A stretch of 64,000 bases of DNA, taken from positions 176,364 to 240,363 of the forward strand of contig CAZLEV010000002.1 of the NCBI GenBank assembly GCA_964558645.1. Direction: 5' to 3'. The position numbers were made by a program, and so were the translations under genes. Positions 38,181 to 48,000 of this stretch are shown in pieces (position 1 is the stretch's first letter; each line of letters starts with the position of its first letter). The notes beneath the pieces are model-generated. The model did no database searches, had not been told where the DNA came from, and saw only the letters and a program-made list of their open reading frames with translations. The stretch is from an uncultured archaeon. Its GTDB lineage: Archaea > Asgardarchaeota > Thorarchaeia > Thorarchaeales > Thorarchaeaceae.

Positions 38181-39788
38181 TCAAAGACTGAGTATCAGCA
38201 TTGACAAGATCAGACCTATCACTCCTAGAAACGCGAATACCCAGTAGTCAACCTCCTTTATTCCAAACCTGAATCGGCCCACCTCCAGTCGTGCTAGTTT
38301 CTCCTTGAGAGAGCGGGCCTTGCTCCGGATAGTCCCTATGATGCCCAGAGGCATGAACAACACGATGAAGACATATATAACACCCAGAGCAACGAGCCAC
38401 AGCTCGCCAGGTAGGTTCAAGACTTCGGTCACGAACTCGACAAGGTTCATCTCCGAATACACAACAACTCCGGCACCAAGCAGCGGACCCAGCAACGTGC
38501 CAAGTCCACCGATGATGGCATACAACATGGCGTTTATTGATACCTCAACCCCGAGAGCAGTCACTGGATCAATGGTTCTGATAAAGGGGGCATAGAGTCC
38601 CCCTGCAAGGCCTGCGATTGCACCGCTGATGACCACCACGACAATCTTGCAGTGGTAGCTGTTGTAGCCCAGCGCCTCAGCACGTTCCTCATTCTGAGCC
38701 ACAGCGACCACCATCCGGCCAAATGGTGAGGCAACAAGACGTCTCACAAAGAGGTAGGTGACTACGAGACAGGTCAGTACGAGGTAATACTGTATTGGAA
38801 TGGTGAAATAGAAAGTATCCGTCTGCTCAAGCCATATCGATATCATCTGAAGAATGTTGGTGCCGAAGGCAACAGACAGCCCTATGAGGGCAACTATCAC
38901 GATACTGAGAGGCAGGATAAGATCAGCGAGTCTGTTTGTGGCTCCTGTTTCTCCAGATTGTGACTGCATCTTCTCAACGTACTGAAGCGGGTCAGATATA
39001 GCTCTTTTACGTTCCATCAAGTACAGGAACACCATGCCAAGAAACGCCACCATCATCAATATCGGTCCAAAGATATTGGCTCCAAGAGCGAGCAGGAGTC
39101 CTACAAAGGCTATCATGGCAGGCGTGAAGAGAATCAGACTGATAGAGCCTCTTCGTTCCTTGATGTACAAGATGATTGTCCCAATGAAAGCAGCAAGAAC
39201 AGTGAATGCAAGAATGACAAAAAGCATGTAGAACGGCGCGTTTCTTAATAGGGCTGGCGAGGGCACCCTTAGTCCTGTTTCTCCCCCAGAGATATCAGGG
39301 GACACTGCAAAGAAGTTGTAGAGAAACATTGCAATCGCCAAGGCAATGAAAGCAAATGCTGTACCTTTCATACGACTTGTTGTCAACCCCATTATGAATC
39401 CCACACCGGCGCCGGCCAACATCGCAAGCAAGATAGTCAGGGGGTAGGGAACAACCGCTATGAGATTGAACGGAAACGGGAGAACAGCGGGGGTAAGTGT
39501 GAATGCCATGACATAGGCAGCCGTGCCGAAAAGGGCAACTTGACCGAAATTGAGAAGGGCAGCTCGTCCCAGTTGCAGGTCGAAGGACATCGCAAGAAGG
39601 CCGAATATCATTATCTTCGTCAAGAGGAAGAGCAGGGCTCTCATGGGAGATGTCCCTGCAGTTGTAGTCAGAGGGAGTAGATAGAAGAATGCAATGACGG
39701 CCAACAGCATTCTATTCCGCGATAGTATTGAGGGGATACTTCGGATCGTGTCCTTCACTTTTTTCTCTAGAATGCCTCCACTGCTCAT
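38181..39788 (-). CDS. livM: Branched-chain-amino-acid-type ABC permease, LivM family (extended, 535 aa)
   Basis: A multi-pass protein with a LivM-type core (LNFGQVALFGTAAY...). A 4-nt overlap with the livH-like gene. Confidence 0.8.
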   Translation of the reverse strand: MSSGGILEKKVKDTIRSIPSILSRNRMLLAVIAFFYLLPLTTTAGTSPMRALLFLLTKIMIFGLLAMSFDLQLGRAALLNFGQVALFGTAAYVMAFTLTPAVLPFPFNLIAVVPYPLTILLAMLAGAGVGFIMGLTTSRMKGTAFAFIALAIAMFLYNFFAVSPDISGGETGLRVPSPALLRNAPFYMLFVILAFTVLAAFIGTIILYIKERRGSISLILFTPAMIAFVGLLLALGANIFGPILMMVAFLGMVFLYLMERKRAISDPLQYVEKMQSQSGETGATNRLADLILPLSIVIVALIGLSVAFGTNILQMISIWLEQTDTFYFTIPIQYYLVLTCLVVTYLFVRRLVASPFGRMVVAVAQNEERAEALGYNSYHCKIVVVVISGAIAGLAGGLYAPFIRTIDPVTALGVEVSINAMLYAIIGGLGTLLGPLLGAGVVVYSEMNLVEFVTEVLNLPGELWLVALGVIYVFIVLFMPLGIIGTIRSKARSLKEKLARLEVGRFRFGIKEVDYWVFAFLGVIGLILSMLILSL

Positions 39789-40900
39789 GTCCCAGTCAGT
39801 CCTCCTGGTTTTACAATAAGAACAACTGCCATAATGATGAAAACGATGATGTTCTGAAGCACTGGCACGAAATAGGCGGTGAACTGCATCGAAAGACCCA
39901 CTATGAGTGCTCCAAAGAAAGTGCCTTCAAAGCGACCGTAATGAGCTCCTCCAACGACCACTATGACAAAAGCGAATATGAGATATGTGAGGCCGTGGCC
40001 GGTATTTGCCCCAATCCAAGGCACCAAAACTGCACCGGAGAACCCTGCAAGACCTGCACCGAGTATGAACACAAGAGTTAGCAGTCTCTTGATGTCAGTC
40101 CCAAGCAACTCGACCATCTCTGAGTCCTCTATTCCTGCCTGAATCTGAAGACCAATCCTCGTCTTTCGGAAGGCAACAAACATTGCACCTGCGACTGCCA
40201 GTCCGAGAAATATCAAGAAGACCCGGTAGATTTCAAACTTGAGGGCACCGCCGAAATCGATAATGCCACTGATGAAGAAATAATTGATCTGCGAACTGGG
40301 AGCAATGAAGTATGTTAGCACCGAGCTACCCCAGATGATCTCGCCAACCTGCATGATTATGAACATGAAACCAACTGTAAGTAGTATCTGGGCAATGGGA
40401 TTGCCGTAGAGCCTTCGGATTGTGAAATACTCAATCCCTCCACCTATGAGGGCCAGAACTGCGGTTGCTCCAAGAGCACCCACTATGAAGCATATGACTG
40501 AGAGAACAAACGGATTAGATGCAAAGGTTCCGTAGAATGGTAGAGTCGGGTCAAGCAGAAGAGCCTCGGTCCCCAGATAGATTTCATACCCCATGAAGCC
40601 ACCCAGCATGAAGAATGCACCGTGAGCGAAGTTGATCACATCACACAGACCGAATATCAAGAAGAAGCCGGACACAATCAAGAAGAGGAGCATACTGAGC
40701 GCAAGGCCATCGACCAATGACTTGCTGGCTCTCACGACGAACTCGTCCCATGAGTAATAGCTAATCCCGGCAATAACCAGTAGAACCCCTATCGCAAACG
40801 TCGTTAACACCATGGTAATCCTCAAGATAGTACGCGCCTGTGGGTTCCTTTCCAGATAGTCCTTCATTGAGAAAATCATCGACTGTATTTGTGACATCAC
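39785..40900 (-). CDS. livH: Branched-chain-amino-acid-type ABC permease, LivH family
   Basis: INFAHGAFFMLGGF... and the LivH family layout. Confidence 0.8.
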   Translation of the reverse strand: MMSQIQSMIFSMKDYLERNPQARTILRITMVLTTFAIGVLLVIAGISYYSWDEFVVRASKSLVDGLALSMLLFLIVSGFFLIFGLCDVINFAHGAFFMLGGFMGYEIYLGTEALLLDPTLPFYGTFASNPFVLSVICFIVGALGATAVLALIGGGIEYFTIRRLYGNPIAQILLTVGFMFIIMQVGEIIWGSSVLTYFIAPSSQINYFFISGIIDFGGALKFEIYRVFLIFLGLAVAGAMFVAFRKTRIGLQIQAGIEDSEMVELLGTDIKRLLTLVFILGAGLAGFSGAVLVPWIGANTGHGLTYLIFAFVIVVVGGAHYGRFEGTFFGALIVGLSMQFTAYFVPVLQNIIVFIIMAVVLIVKPGGLTGT

Positions 40901-41628
40901 TATATGCTAACCCCCAGATATTGTGAAACAAGTCGCTTATCGGTTACCAGCTCTCTCATGTTGTTTCCTTCATGAACTATCTTCCCGTTGTCGAAGATGT
41001 AGTAGTTGTCACCAAGCTTTGACACAGTTCTGAAATTCTGCTCCACCAAGAGGATAGTTGCAAACTCCTTCAGACGCTCAAGAGCTTCAATGAGGTTCTT
41101 TGCCAAGATGGGACTCAGACCCTCAGTTGGTTCGTCTATGAGTAACAAGTCATTGTCATTCATCAACGCGCGTGCCACGGCAAGCATCTGCTGTTGCCCC
41201 CCTGAGAGAGTCCCAGCTCTCTGCTTGAAGGCTCGTTTCATGTCAGGAAATAGGTCGAAGATGAACTCTAGTCGCTCCTCCATCTTTCCTCCGAGGCCAC
41301 CTTTCCGGACTGATACAATCAGGTTCTGTTCAACTGTCAAAGATCCGAATATCCTTCTGGTATCAGGAACATAGCCGATGCCTCTGCGGACTATTTCGTG
41401 GGGAGATAGTTTTGATATCTCTTCATCTTTGAAGAAGATCTTACCTTCTCGAGGGGGGTAGAGGCCAAGTATCGCTTTCATGGTTGTCGTCTTGCCGGAC
41501 CCATTACGCCCCAGTAATAGAGTGACTTCTCCCTTGGGTACAACGAGCGAAATACCTTGTAGAATATAGAACGACCCGATGTATACGTGAGCATCTTGTA
41601 TCTCAAGCAAGTTCTTCATCTGTACCAC
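40900..41628 (-). CDS. livF: ABC ATP-binding protein, LivF family
   Basis: GRNGSGKTT, LSGGQQQMLAVARAL and LLLIDEPTEGLSP. The start may be the ATG at 41619. Confidence 0.9.
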   Translation of the reverse strand: MVQMKNLLEIQDAHVYIGSFYILQGISLVVPKGEVTLLLGRNGSGKTTTMKAILGLYPPREGKIFFKDEEISKLSPHEIVRRGIGYVPDTRRIFGSLTVEQNLIVSVRKGGLGGKMEERLEFIFDLFPDMKRAFKQRAGTLSGGQQQMLAVARALMNDNDLLLIDEPTEGLSPILAKNLIEALERLKEFATILLVEQNFRTVSKLGDNYYIFDNGKIVHEGNNMRELVTDKRLVSQYLGVSI

Positions 41629-42487
41629 CTAGATAAGCAGTCAATACGCGTTCATCTTTCCGAATCTCTGCAGGAGGACCCTTCGCAATTATTCGTCCCT
41701 CTGAGAGAACAAAGATCTCCTCACTGAGTCTCATCACGATGTCCATCTTGTGCTCCACCACCAATAGTGTTAGTTTATCTCCATAGGACTCCTTCACTCG
41801 CAAGATGGCATCAATCACATCTGGTATCTCTTCAATGGCCATTCCAGCTGCTGGTTCGTCAAGCAGCAGGAGTTTTGGCTCTGTGGCAAGAGCCATTGCA
41901 ATCTCCAGCTTCCTCTGTTCGGCATGTGGAATCAGAGCTGCCGGGACATAGAGCCTCGAAGGATCTAATCCGACAATGGTTGCTATGTCAATCACCTTAT
42001 CGTGGAATTCGTTAAACGAGCCCGCCTTCTTCAGCATCCCCAGAAAATTCACTTTTGCTCCACTGCAGCCCTGAGCTGCCAACCTGATGTTTTCGAAGGT
42101 CGTCTGATAGGGAAAGATGTTGGTAATCTGATATGATCTTGATATGCCCTTCCGTGTACGTTGATTCATCGACAGACGAGTGATATCTTCGCCTTCGAAG
42201 TAGATTCTCCCAGATGAGGGCGGAAGTGCTCCTGTGACGAGATTGAAGATTGTGGTCTTTCCAGAACCGTTGGGACCAATGATTGCCTTTATTGAACCTC
42301 GTTCGATGTCAAGGCTGACATCTTTGACTGCAACCAGTCCGCCGAAGCTCTTGGTCAGCTCGCTCGTGCTAAGGATGAACTCGTTAGTTGAGGACAATAC
42401 GGTCTTCTCCTGAACCGATGTGACATAGCTGAAGACGGTTATTGTCGGCCTAGTTCCTTTCGGAGGATAATATACCTTTTGGAACAA
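41603..42487 (-). CDS. livG: ABC ATP-binding protein, LivG family
   Basis: GPNGSGKTT, the LivG-type insert, and LLLLDEPAAGM. The true start is probably downstream of the track start. Confidence 0.9.
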   Translation of the reverse strand: MFQKVYYPPKGTRPTITVFSYVTSVQEKTVLSSTNEFILSTSELTKSFGGLVAVKDVSLDIERGSIKAIIGPNGSGKTTIFNLVTGALPPSSGRIYFEGEDITRLSMNQRTRKGISRSYQITNIFPYQTTFENIRLAAQGCSGAKVNFLGMLKKAGSFNEFHDKVIDIATIVGLDPSRLYVPAALIPHAEQRKLEIAMALATEPKLLLLDEPAAGMAIEEIPDVIDAILRVKESYGDKLTLLVVEHKMDIVMRLSEEIFVLSEGRIIAKGPPAEIRKDERVLTAYLGGTDEELA

Positions 42488-42717
42488 ATCGACATATGGT
42501 TGGATTGTTTTGCTTTGTATTCTGGATGCTACTTGCCCAAAACTTGTTTCATATCATATCCCTCGCGGGTATCTAGACTCTGCGCCAACGCAAGATAAGA
42601 ACTCAGAGTTTATAATCTTGAGAAGCAGGCCGCAATAACTACGCAGCTAGAAGATTCCAAGTCCATCACCAATATACGGAAACTGCAGAATACCTTGACG
42701 GTTATTGAAGATGTATT

Positions 42718-43413
42718 TCAAGAAATGATTGCTCCAATTTCCGGAAGATGTCCTCCAAAGACAAGATATAGAAATCCGATTGCAGACAGAGCTAGCACCA
42801 GGTATGCCAGTTTGTTCCACTTGACAATCTTCTTACCGTCAAAGGGTCCAGCCGGGATCAGGTTAAAGAGCCCGATCCATGCGTTCAATAACACACCATA
42901 AGCCGCCACTGACGAGACCAGTGTGTAAGGCATGAACAGAGCTAGGACTAGAAACACGCCCGCTATCGACAGGCTCCCTGCGACACCGGCCGCTGCTATC
43001 TTGCCGTGACTTTCCTCATCCACTTCTCTTGATATTACAACAGCACCGGGAGCGGCAAACACGAAACCGATGAACGCCATTAAGAGGGCCAGTATCAACA
43101 TCTGATTGGATGCAACGAATGCAGCTCTGTGTCCAAGTTTTTGAGCAGTGTACTTGTGGCAGAGCTCGTGAGCAACAAAACCCAGACCCACCGTGACCAG
43201 TGCAATGAGAAACCCGCTAAGAATCACATTGAGGGATTGTCCACCTGTAGCAATGGCAAAGGCAAGCGAGATAGCGACCAATGCCTTCAGAATATCTATC
43301 AACTCGGTCATGGGGTCCAGTTGCCGTGGTTGTCCATCAGATTCCACGCTCTTGTTGCCTTCACTTTCTTCTTCAGCTAGCAGGTTTCCGTCTTCATTGT
43401 CTGCAAGACTCAT
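42718..43413 (-). CDS. Site-2 protease family (peptidase M50) membrane metalloprotease
   Basis: HELCHKYTAQKLG (HExxH within a TM helix) and LFNLIPAGPFDGKKI (the NxxPxxxxDG motif). Confidence 0.85.
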   Translation of the reverse strand: MSLADNEDGNLLAEEESEGNKSVESDGQPRQLDPMTELIDILKALVAISLAFAIATGGQSLNVILSGFLIALVTVGLGFVAHELCHKYTAQKLGHRAAFVASNQMLILALLMAFIGFVFAAPGAVVISREVDEESHGKIAAAGVAGSLSIAGVFLVLALFMPYTLVSSVAAYGVLLNAWIGLFNLIPAGPFDGKKIVKWNKLAYLVLALSAIGFLYLVFGGHLPEIGAIIS

Positions 43414-43594
43414 GTTCCATCATCCAATCAACGCGCCGTACGAACAGGACTTCAAGCGAAGCCAGACAGGTCACAGTGGTCAATGCCACCATCTCACCTA
43501 TGGATCTGGGCGTATGCGCTTTACACAACACCGGATGGGGGCTCTATTAAGATTGTCGATAGTTAATTCCAGGACCTCCCAGCATTGGTGAACG

Positions 43595-44359
43595 ATGGGT
43601 TTATTCGGAGTTTGTCTCCTGCGTGAAACAACAGTTTCGGAGGAATATAGGCTGGCAAGACGCAAGACAGTTCTACTCACGATTGCCATTATCACAGTCA
43701 TCACTGTGTTTTCTTATGTTGCGGTCGTTGGTTTGCAGTTGGGAATAGATGAACCGGTTCTTGGAATGCCAATCGTGGAGACCGATAGAATAGAGAGACT
43801 ATCACCATATCATGCCCCGGACTGGGGAGAGCCTGGAGTCTTCCATAACGGAATCGATCTGATCATCTCCGATGACGTCACAATCGTTTCCCCCGTGAAG
43901 GGAGTGATTTCCTCCATAACTGAGAGAGTCAATCCCTATGCAGGTAATGTTCTCTTTGCCATCACGATTGCAGTGAATCTGGCATGGGAGGTCAAACTTG
44001 TATTAGAGCCCGGTTTTCTTGATAGCACGAACAATTCTCTGCAGAGCGAGGCGATTGGTGCTGAAGAGGGGCAGAACGTGAATACCGGAGAGGTGCTTGC
44101 AACGCTGCTTCATAGTGAGAGGTATCCACACTTGCACTACATGCTGCTGAACTTTGGATCCGATGTCTGTGCCTACAATTACTCTTCAAGTGCAGCAAAG
44201 TCAACCTTCGAGAACATCGCGGATATCTCCAACAGCACGATTCTGCTTCCACATGAACAATCTAATCCAATGTCAGGCTCAGCTATTGCCGTTCCAATTA
44301 CGATAGTAGGTGCAGAAGTTCTCATCGGTGCCCTGGTAGTTCGTCGGATGAAAGAGTAG
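43595..44359 (+). CDS. Membrane-anchored M23 (LytM)-like metallopeptidase
   Basis: HNGIDLII.DDVTIVSPVKGVI (HxxxD) and EEGQNVNTGEVLATL....YPHLHYML (HxH), with an N-terminal TM helix. Confidence 0.6.
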   Translation: MGLFGVCLLRETTVSEEYRLARRKTVLLTIAIITVITVFSYVAVVGLQLGIDEPVLGMPIVETDRIERLSPYHAPDWGEPGVFHNGIDLIISDDVTIVSPVKGVISSITERVNPYAGNVLFAITIAVNLAWEVKLVLEPGFLDSTNNSLQSEAIGAEEGQNVNTGEVLATLLHSERYPHLHYMLLNFGSDVCAYNYSSSAAKSTFENIADISNSTILLPHEQSNPMSGSAIAVPITIVGAEVLIGALVVRRMKE

Positions 44360-44497
44360 AGCAAAGCAGACGTAAGGCGGTTCTACACTACCGGTTGCAG
44401 ACCAATCTCAACGCGTCTACGCGCCTTATTGGAAAATCTCCTCCGGGAAGAATGCATATTATCTCTCGCGACATAACAATGGTGAGGTCAAATCGCG

Positions 44498-44722
44498 ATG
44501 GTTATTGCAATTGTTCTCATACATGTCACGGGCGGAAAAGCCAAAGAGGTCTACGAAGCACTCGGTAAGCTGAGCGGCGTCAAACAAGTTCATCTTGTGA
44601 CCGGGCCATACGACGTTATTGCATATGTCGATCTTCCGGATCGGGCCGAGTATAGAGGCGTAATTTTTGAGATCCATGAGATTCCGGGAGTCGCACAGAC
44701 AGAGACCTGTATTGCCCTCTAG
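44498..44722 (+). CDS. Stand-alone Lrp/AsnC ligand-binding (RAM) domain protein (74 aa)
   Basis: VIAIVLIHV..GKAKEVYEALGKLSGVKQVHLVTGPYDVIAYVDLPD is the typical RAM-domain pattern. Confidence 0.75.
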   Translation: MVIAIVLIHVTGGKAKEVYEALGKLSGVKQVHLVTGPYDVIAYVDLPDRAEYRGVIFEIHEIPGVAQTETCIAL

Positions 44723-45025
44723 GGCGCTGTATCATTCGAAGGCGGAGAGCCCAAGGTAGACCACTGCCTGTATGGTGTCACAGCATAATCTCTGGCCTAC
44801 AGCACCTGTAGAATGTGGCAGTGAATGCTAGGGCCATGTACAATGCGTATTTTTTCAGACTACTCTCGAAAAAGAAAAAGAGAGAGAAGACTAATATGAT
44901 GTTTCTGCGCTCAATACAAGAGTTGCATCTGGGAGAAGAACGAATACAGCAATCCCCTGGCGGCCATGTTGGGACCGACATTGACTCACATCAAAGGCAC
45001 TCCCATTCAAGGAGAGAGAGTATCA

Positions 45026-48000
45026 ATGGGTTCGAAGAGAAACGCATTCCTGTTCCTAGCATTCGTTGGCGTCCTGACAGTACTACTGAGTGCTACGCCG
45101 ATTCTATCTTCCACCTTAGATATCCGCGAGAATGACCACTGGGAATACCCTGTAGAAAGCAACCCGGAGTCAGGATACTCTGTTTCTGATAGGGAGCAGC
45201 ATTCGCCCATCACGATCACGGGGAACAGTCAATTTGCTTCAATGGCCCAAGAGAATGGATGGCCGGGTTCAGGAGCTGCTGGCGACCCCTATGTGATTAC
45301 AGGCCTAGAGATTGATGTCGGAGGAGAGTGGGGCAGCTGTATCACTATCGAGGCTACCGATGTCCATTTCCAGATATCTGACTGCCTGCTGAAGGGAGCA
45401 AGCATCGGTGATGGATACGGCGAGGGGTGCGGCATCCGACTCGTTGACGTACAGAATGGCGAACTGAGAAATAACATCTTGCCTGGCAACCAAATCGGAA
45501 TAGCCCTGGGCACACCTGACCAGTTCAGTGCGAGTACTGCATCAAGTTTCATTGTCATAGAGGGAAATGATCTTAGTGGCTCTACCGAAGGGATTGTAGT
45601 CCGTGGATCTTCTGACAATACAATAGAGGATAACACATGTAATGGTTGTGCATTCGGGATTCAAGTCGATCACACATATGACGCCATCACTGAGGAGTTA
45701 GTTCGTTCCCAGCGGAACATCATCCGTCGGAATACAATAGGGTTCTCCAGTGATGTCGGTATCATGGTCAGGATATCCGATCAGATATCGATTACTGAGA
45801 ACGTGATACGCCGTGGCCTCGGAAAAGGAGTAAGCATTCAGGATGTGACAAACACAGCTCTCTCAGAAAACATCCTACTGAACAACAAAGTGAACGCAGA
45901 ATTTGGTATCGCCCTGAGCGCGAGCACTGTCGACTCAAACCTCTGGTCAGACTATGATGGTGTTGATGCAGACTATGATGGTATTGGTGACACTCCCTAC
46001 ACAGGACCAGGCTTCGAAGACCACCATCCCAGGATATGGCTCAGCGGCTACCGGCTCCCACTGGTGATTGATGGCGACTCCGATCTTGAAGAACGAGCAC
46101 TGGGAGAGGGTTGGGGCGGGGATGGTAGTTCAAGCAACCCGTACGTCTTTGAGAATTACCGCATTGAGGGCAGCAGTGATGCCTGTGTCAGCATCAATCG
46201 CCTGATATCAAAACATGTTGCCATTCGGAGTTGTCATCTATCGTATGGAACATCCGGGATTCATATTGAAAACGTGAACACATTCGTGACTGTTGAACAG
46301 AACACAATCTCTGAGACCGACCACGGGGTCTTGCTCCAGGCGGACTTGTCAGAACCGTACGCTGAACCATTCGCGAACATCGTTGACAATCAGTTCACGA
46401 ATAATGGTGTTGGAGTCTTTCTCTCACAGGCCGGTTGCTTGATGAGTTTCAATATTATCACGGGCAGCCGAGGTTTCGGAGTCTATGCCGAGAACTCACG
46501 AAATGTGGACATCTCAGACAATAGAATAGCCGAGTCGGAATCAGATGGCATCCACCTGTATAATGTACACGAGTTCTCTCTCAGTTTGAACAACTGCTCT
46601 GCCAATGGGGGGCATGGACTCGTTCTTGAGGACTGTACAGGGTCCGTGGACCCAGATGGAATTGGATGGCTAGAACAGAACATCCTCTCATACAACGAAT
46701 ATGGATTGTATCTTGGTGCAGGTACAGCAGATTGTGGTTTCCGGGGCAATGTTGTCAGGGGGCGTACTGCTGATGCGGTAGACCATGGAACTGGAAACAT
46801 CTTCCAGCAGAATACATGGTGGGGTTACACTGGAGTTGATTTGAACAATGACGGAATTGGTGATACCCCGTATGCATTCACAGGTAACCACGACCCGACT
46901 CCAGTATTCCCGTTGTACTGGGTGACTGCCCCCACTGATCAGCAGATGGAGACTGTCGAGCCGTTCATCTATGACCTCGACGCCGAGTCATCCTGGCCTG
47001 ATCTTACCTGGAGCATCAATGATACTCGGTTCACAGTGAGCAACGACGGAGTCATTGAAAACGCGACTCCGTTGGTTGAGCAGTTCTATCCATTAGAGGT
47101 TACGGTGGAGGGGGGAGGAGTTCTATCCGACACCTTCACTCTTGCGGTCGTACAAGATATTGAACCACCGGAAACCACTGCTGACGTATTGGGGGAGATG
47201 GGGTTGAATGGATGGTATACCTCCGAGGTCACAGTGACTCTCACAGCAGAGGACTATCCAGAAAACACCGGTCTGGGAGTGGACTACATTGAGTATCATG
47301 TTGAGGTGTCTGCTGATACTTCGGGAAGTGGGTCGAGCAGTTCGACAACGATCAAACCTGCAACTATTGCGCCGTTCTGGCAGCTCTACGATGGACCCAT
47401 TCTTGTCGGGGATGAGGGGGCTATTACAGTCTACTTCAGAGCAGTTGACCTTGCCGGGAATGTCGAGGATACCAAGTCTGTCACATTCTACATTGACAAG
47501 AGTGCTCCTGAAACCTCTGCAGCCCTGGCTGGCGACTTTACATCGACAATGTGGTACTATACAGATGTGGAAGTCACCCTCACAGCAACGGATGCATATT
47601 CTGGGGTCTCCAGTATTTTATACAGCTTTGACGGAGAGTCTTGGATCGTCTATACTGGTCCGTTCGTTTTGACAGGTGACGGAACCTATACTGTCTACTA
47701 CTACTCCATTGATATGGCAGGCAATGTTGAAGAAACGAAGTCAATCGGGGTGGGAATCGACACTGAGGCTCCAGAAACATCAGCTGGGATTGAGGGAGTC
47801 AAAGGGAACCAGCAATACTATCTCTCTGAAGTAACCGTGACGATAACGGCCTCAGACGCGACATCAGGAGTTGACAGTATCTGGTATTCGTTCGATCAAG
47901 AGACATGGAGTCTCTATGATGCGCCATTCACCGTGACTATGGAGGGGGAGACTGTGTTCTATTACTGGGCCATTGACAACGCAGGAAATGAGGAACCGAT

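Noticed and set aside
44778-45025. ORFs upstream of the giant gene (44815..45135 plus, 44778..44981 minus) and the 20-codon extension from 44966
   Set aside because: This is a low-complexity purine run (aaaaagaaaaagagagagaag). The signal peptide starts at the ATG at 45026, which has a ggagagagag element upstream.
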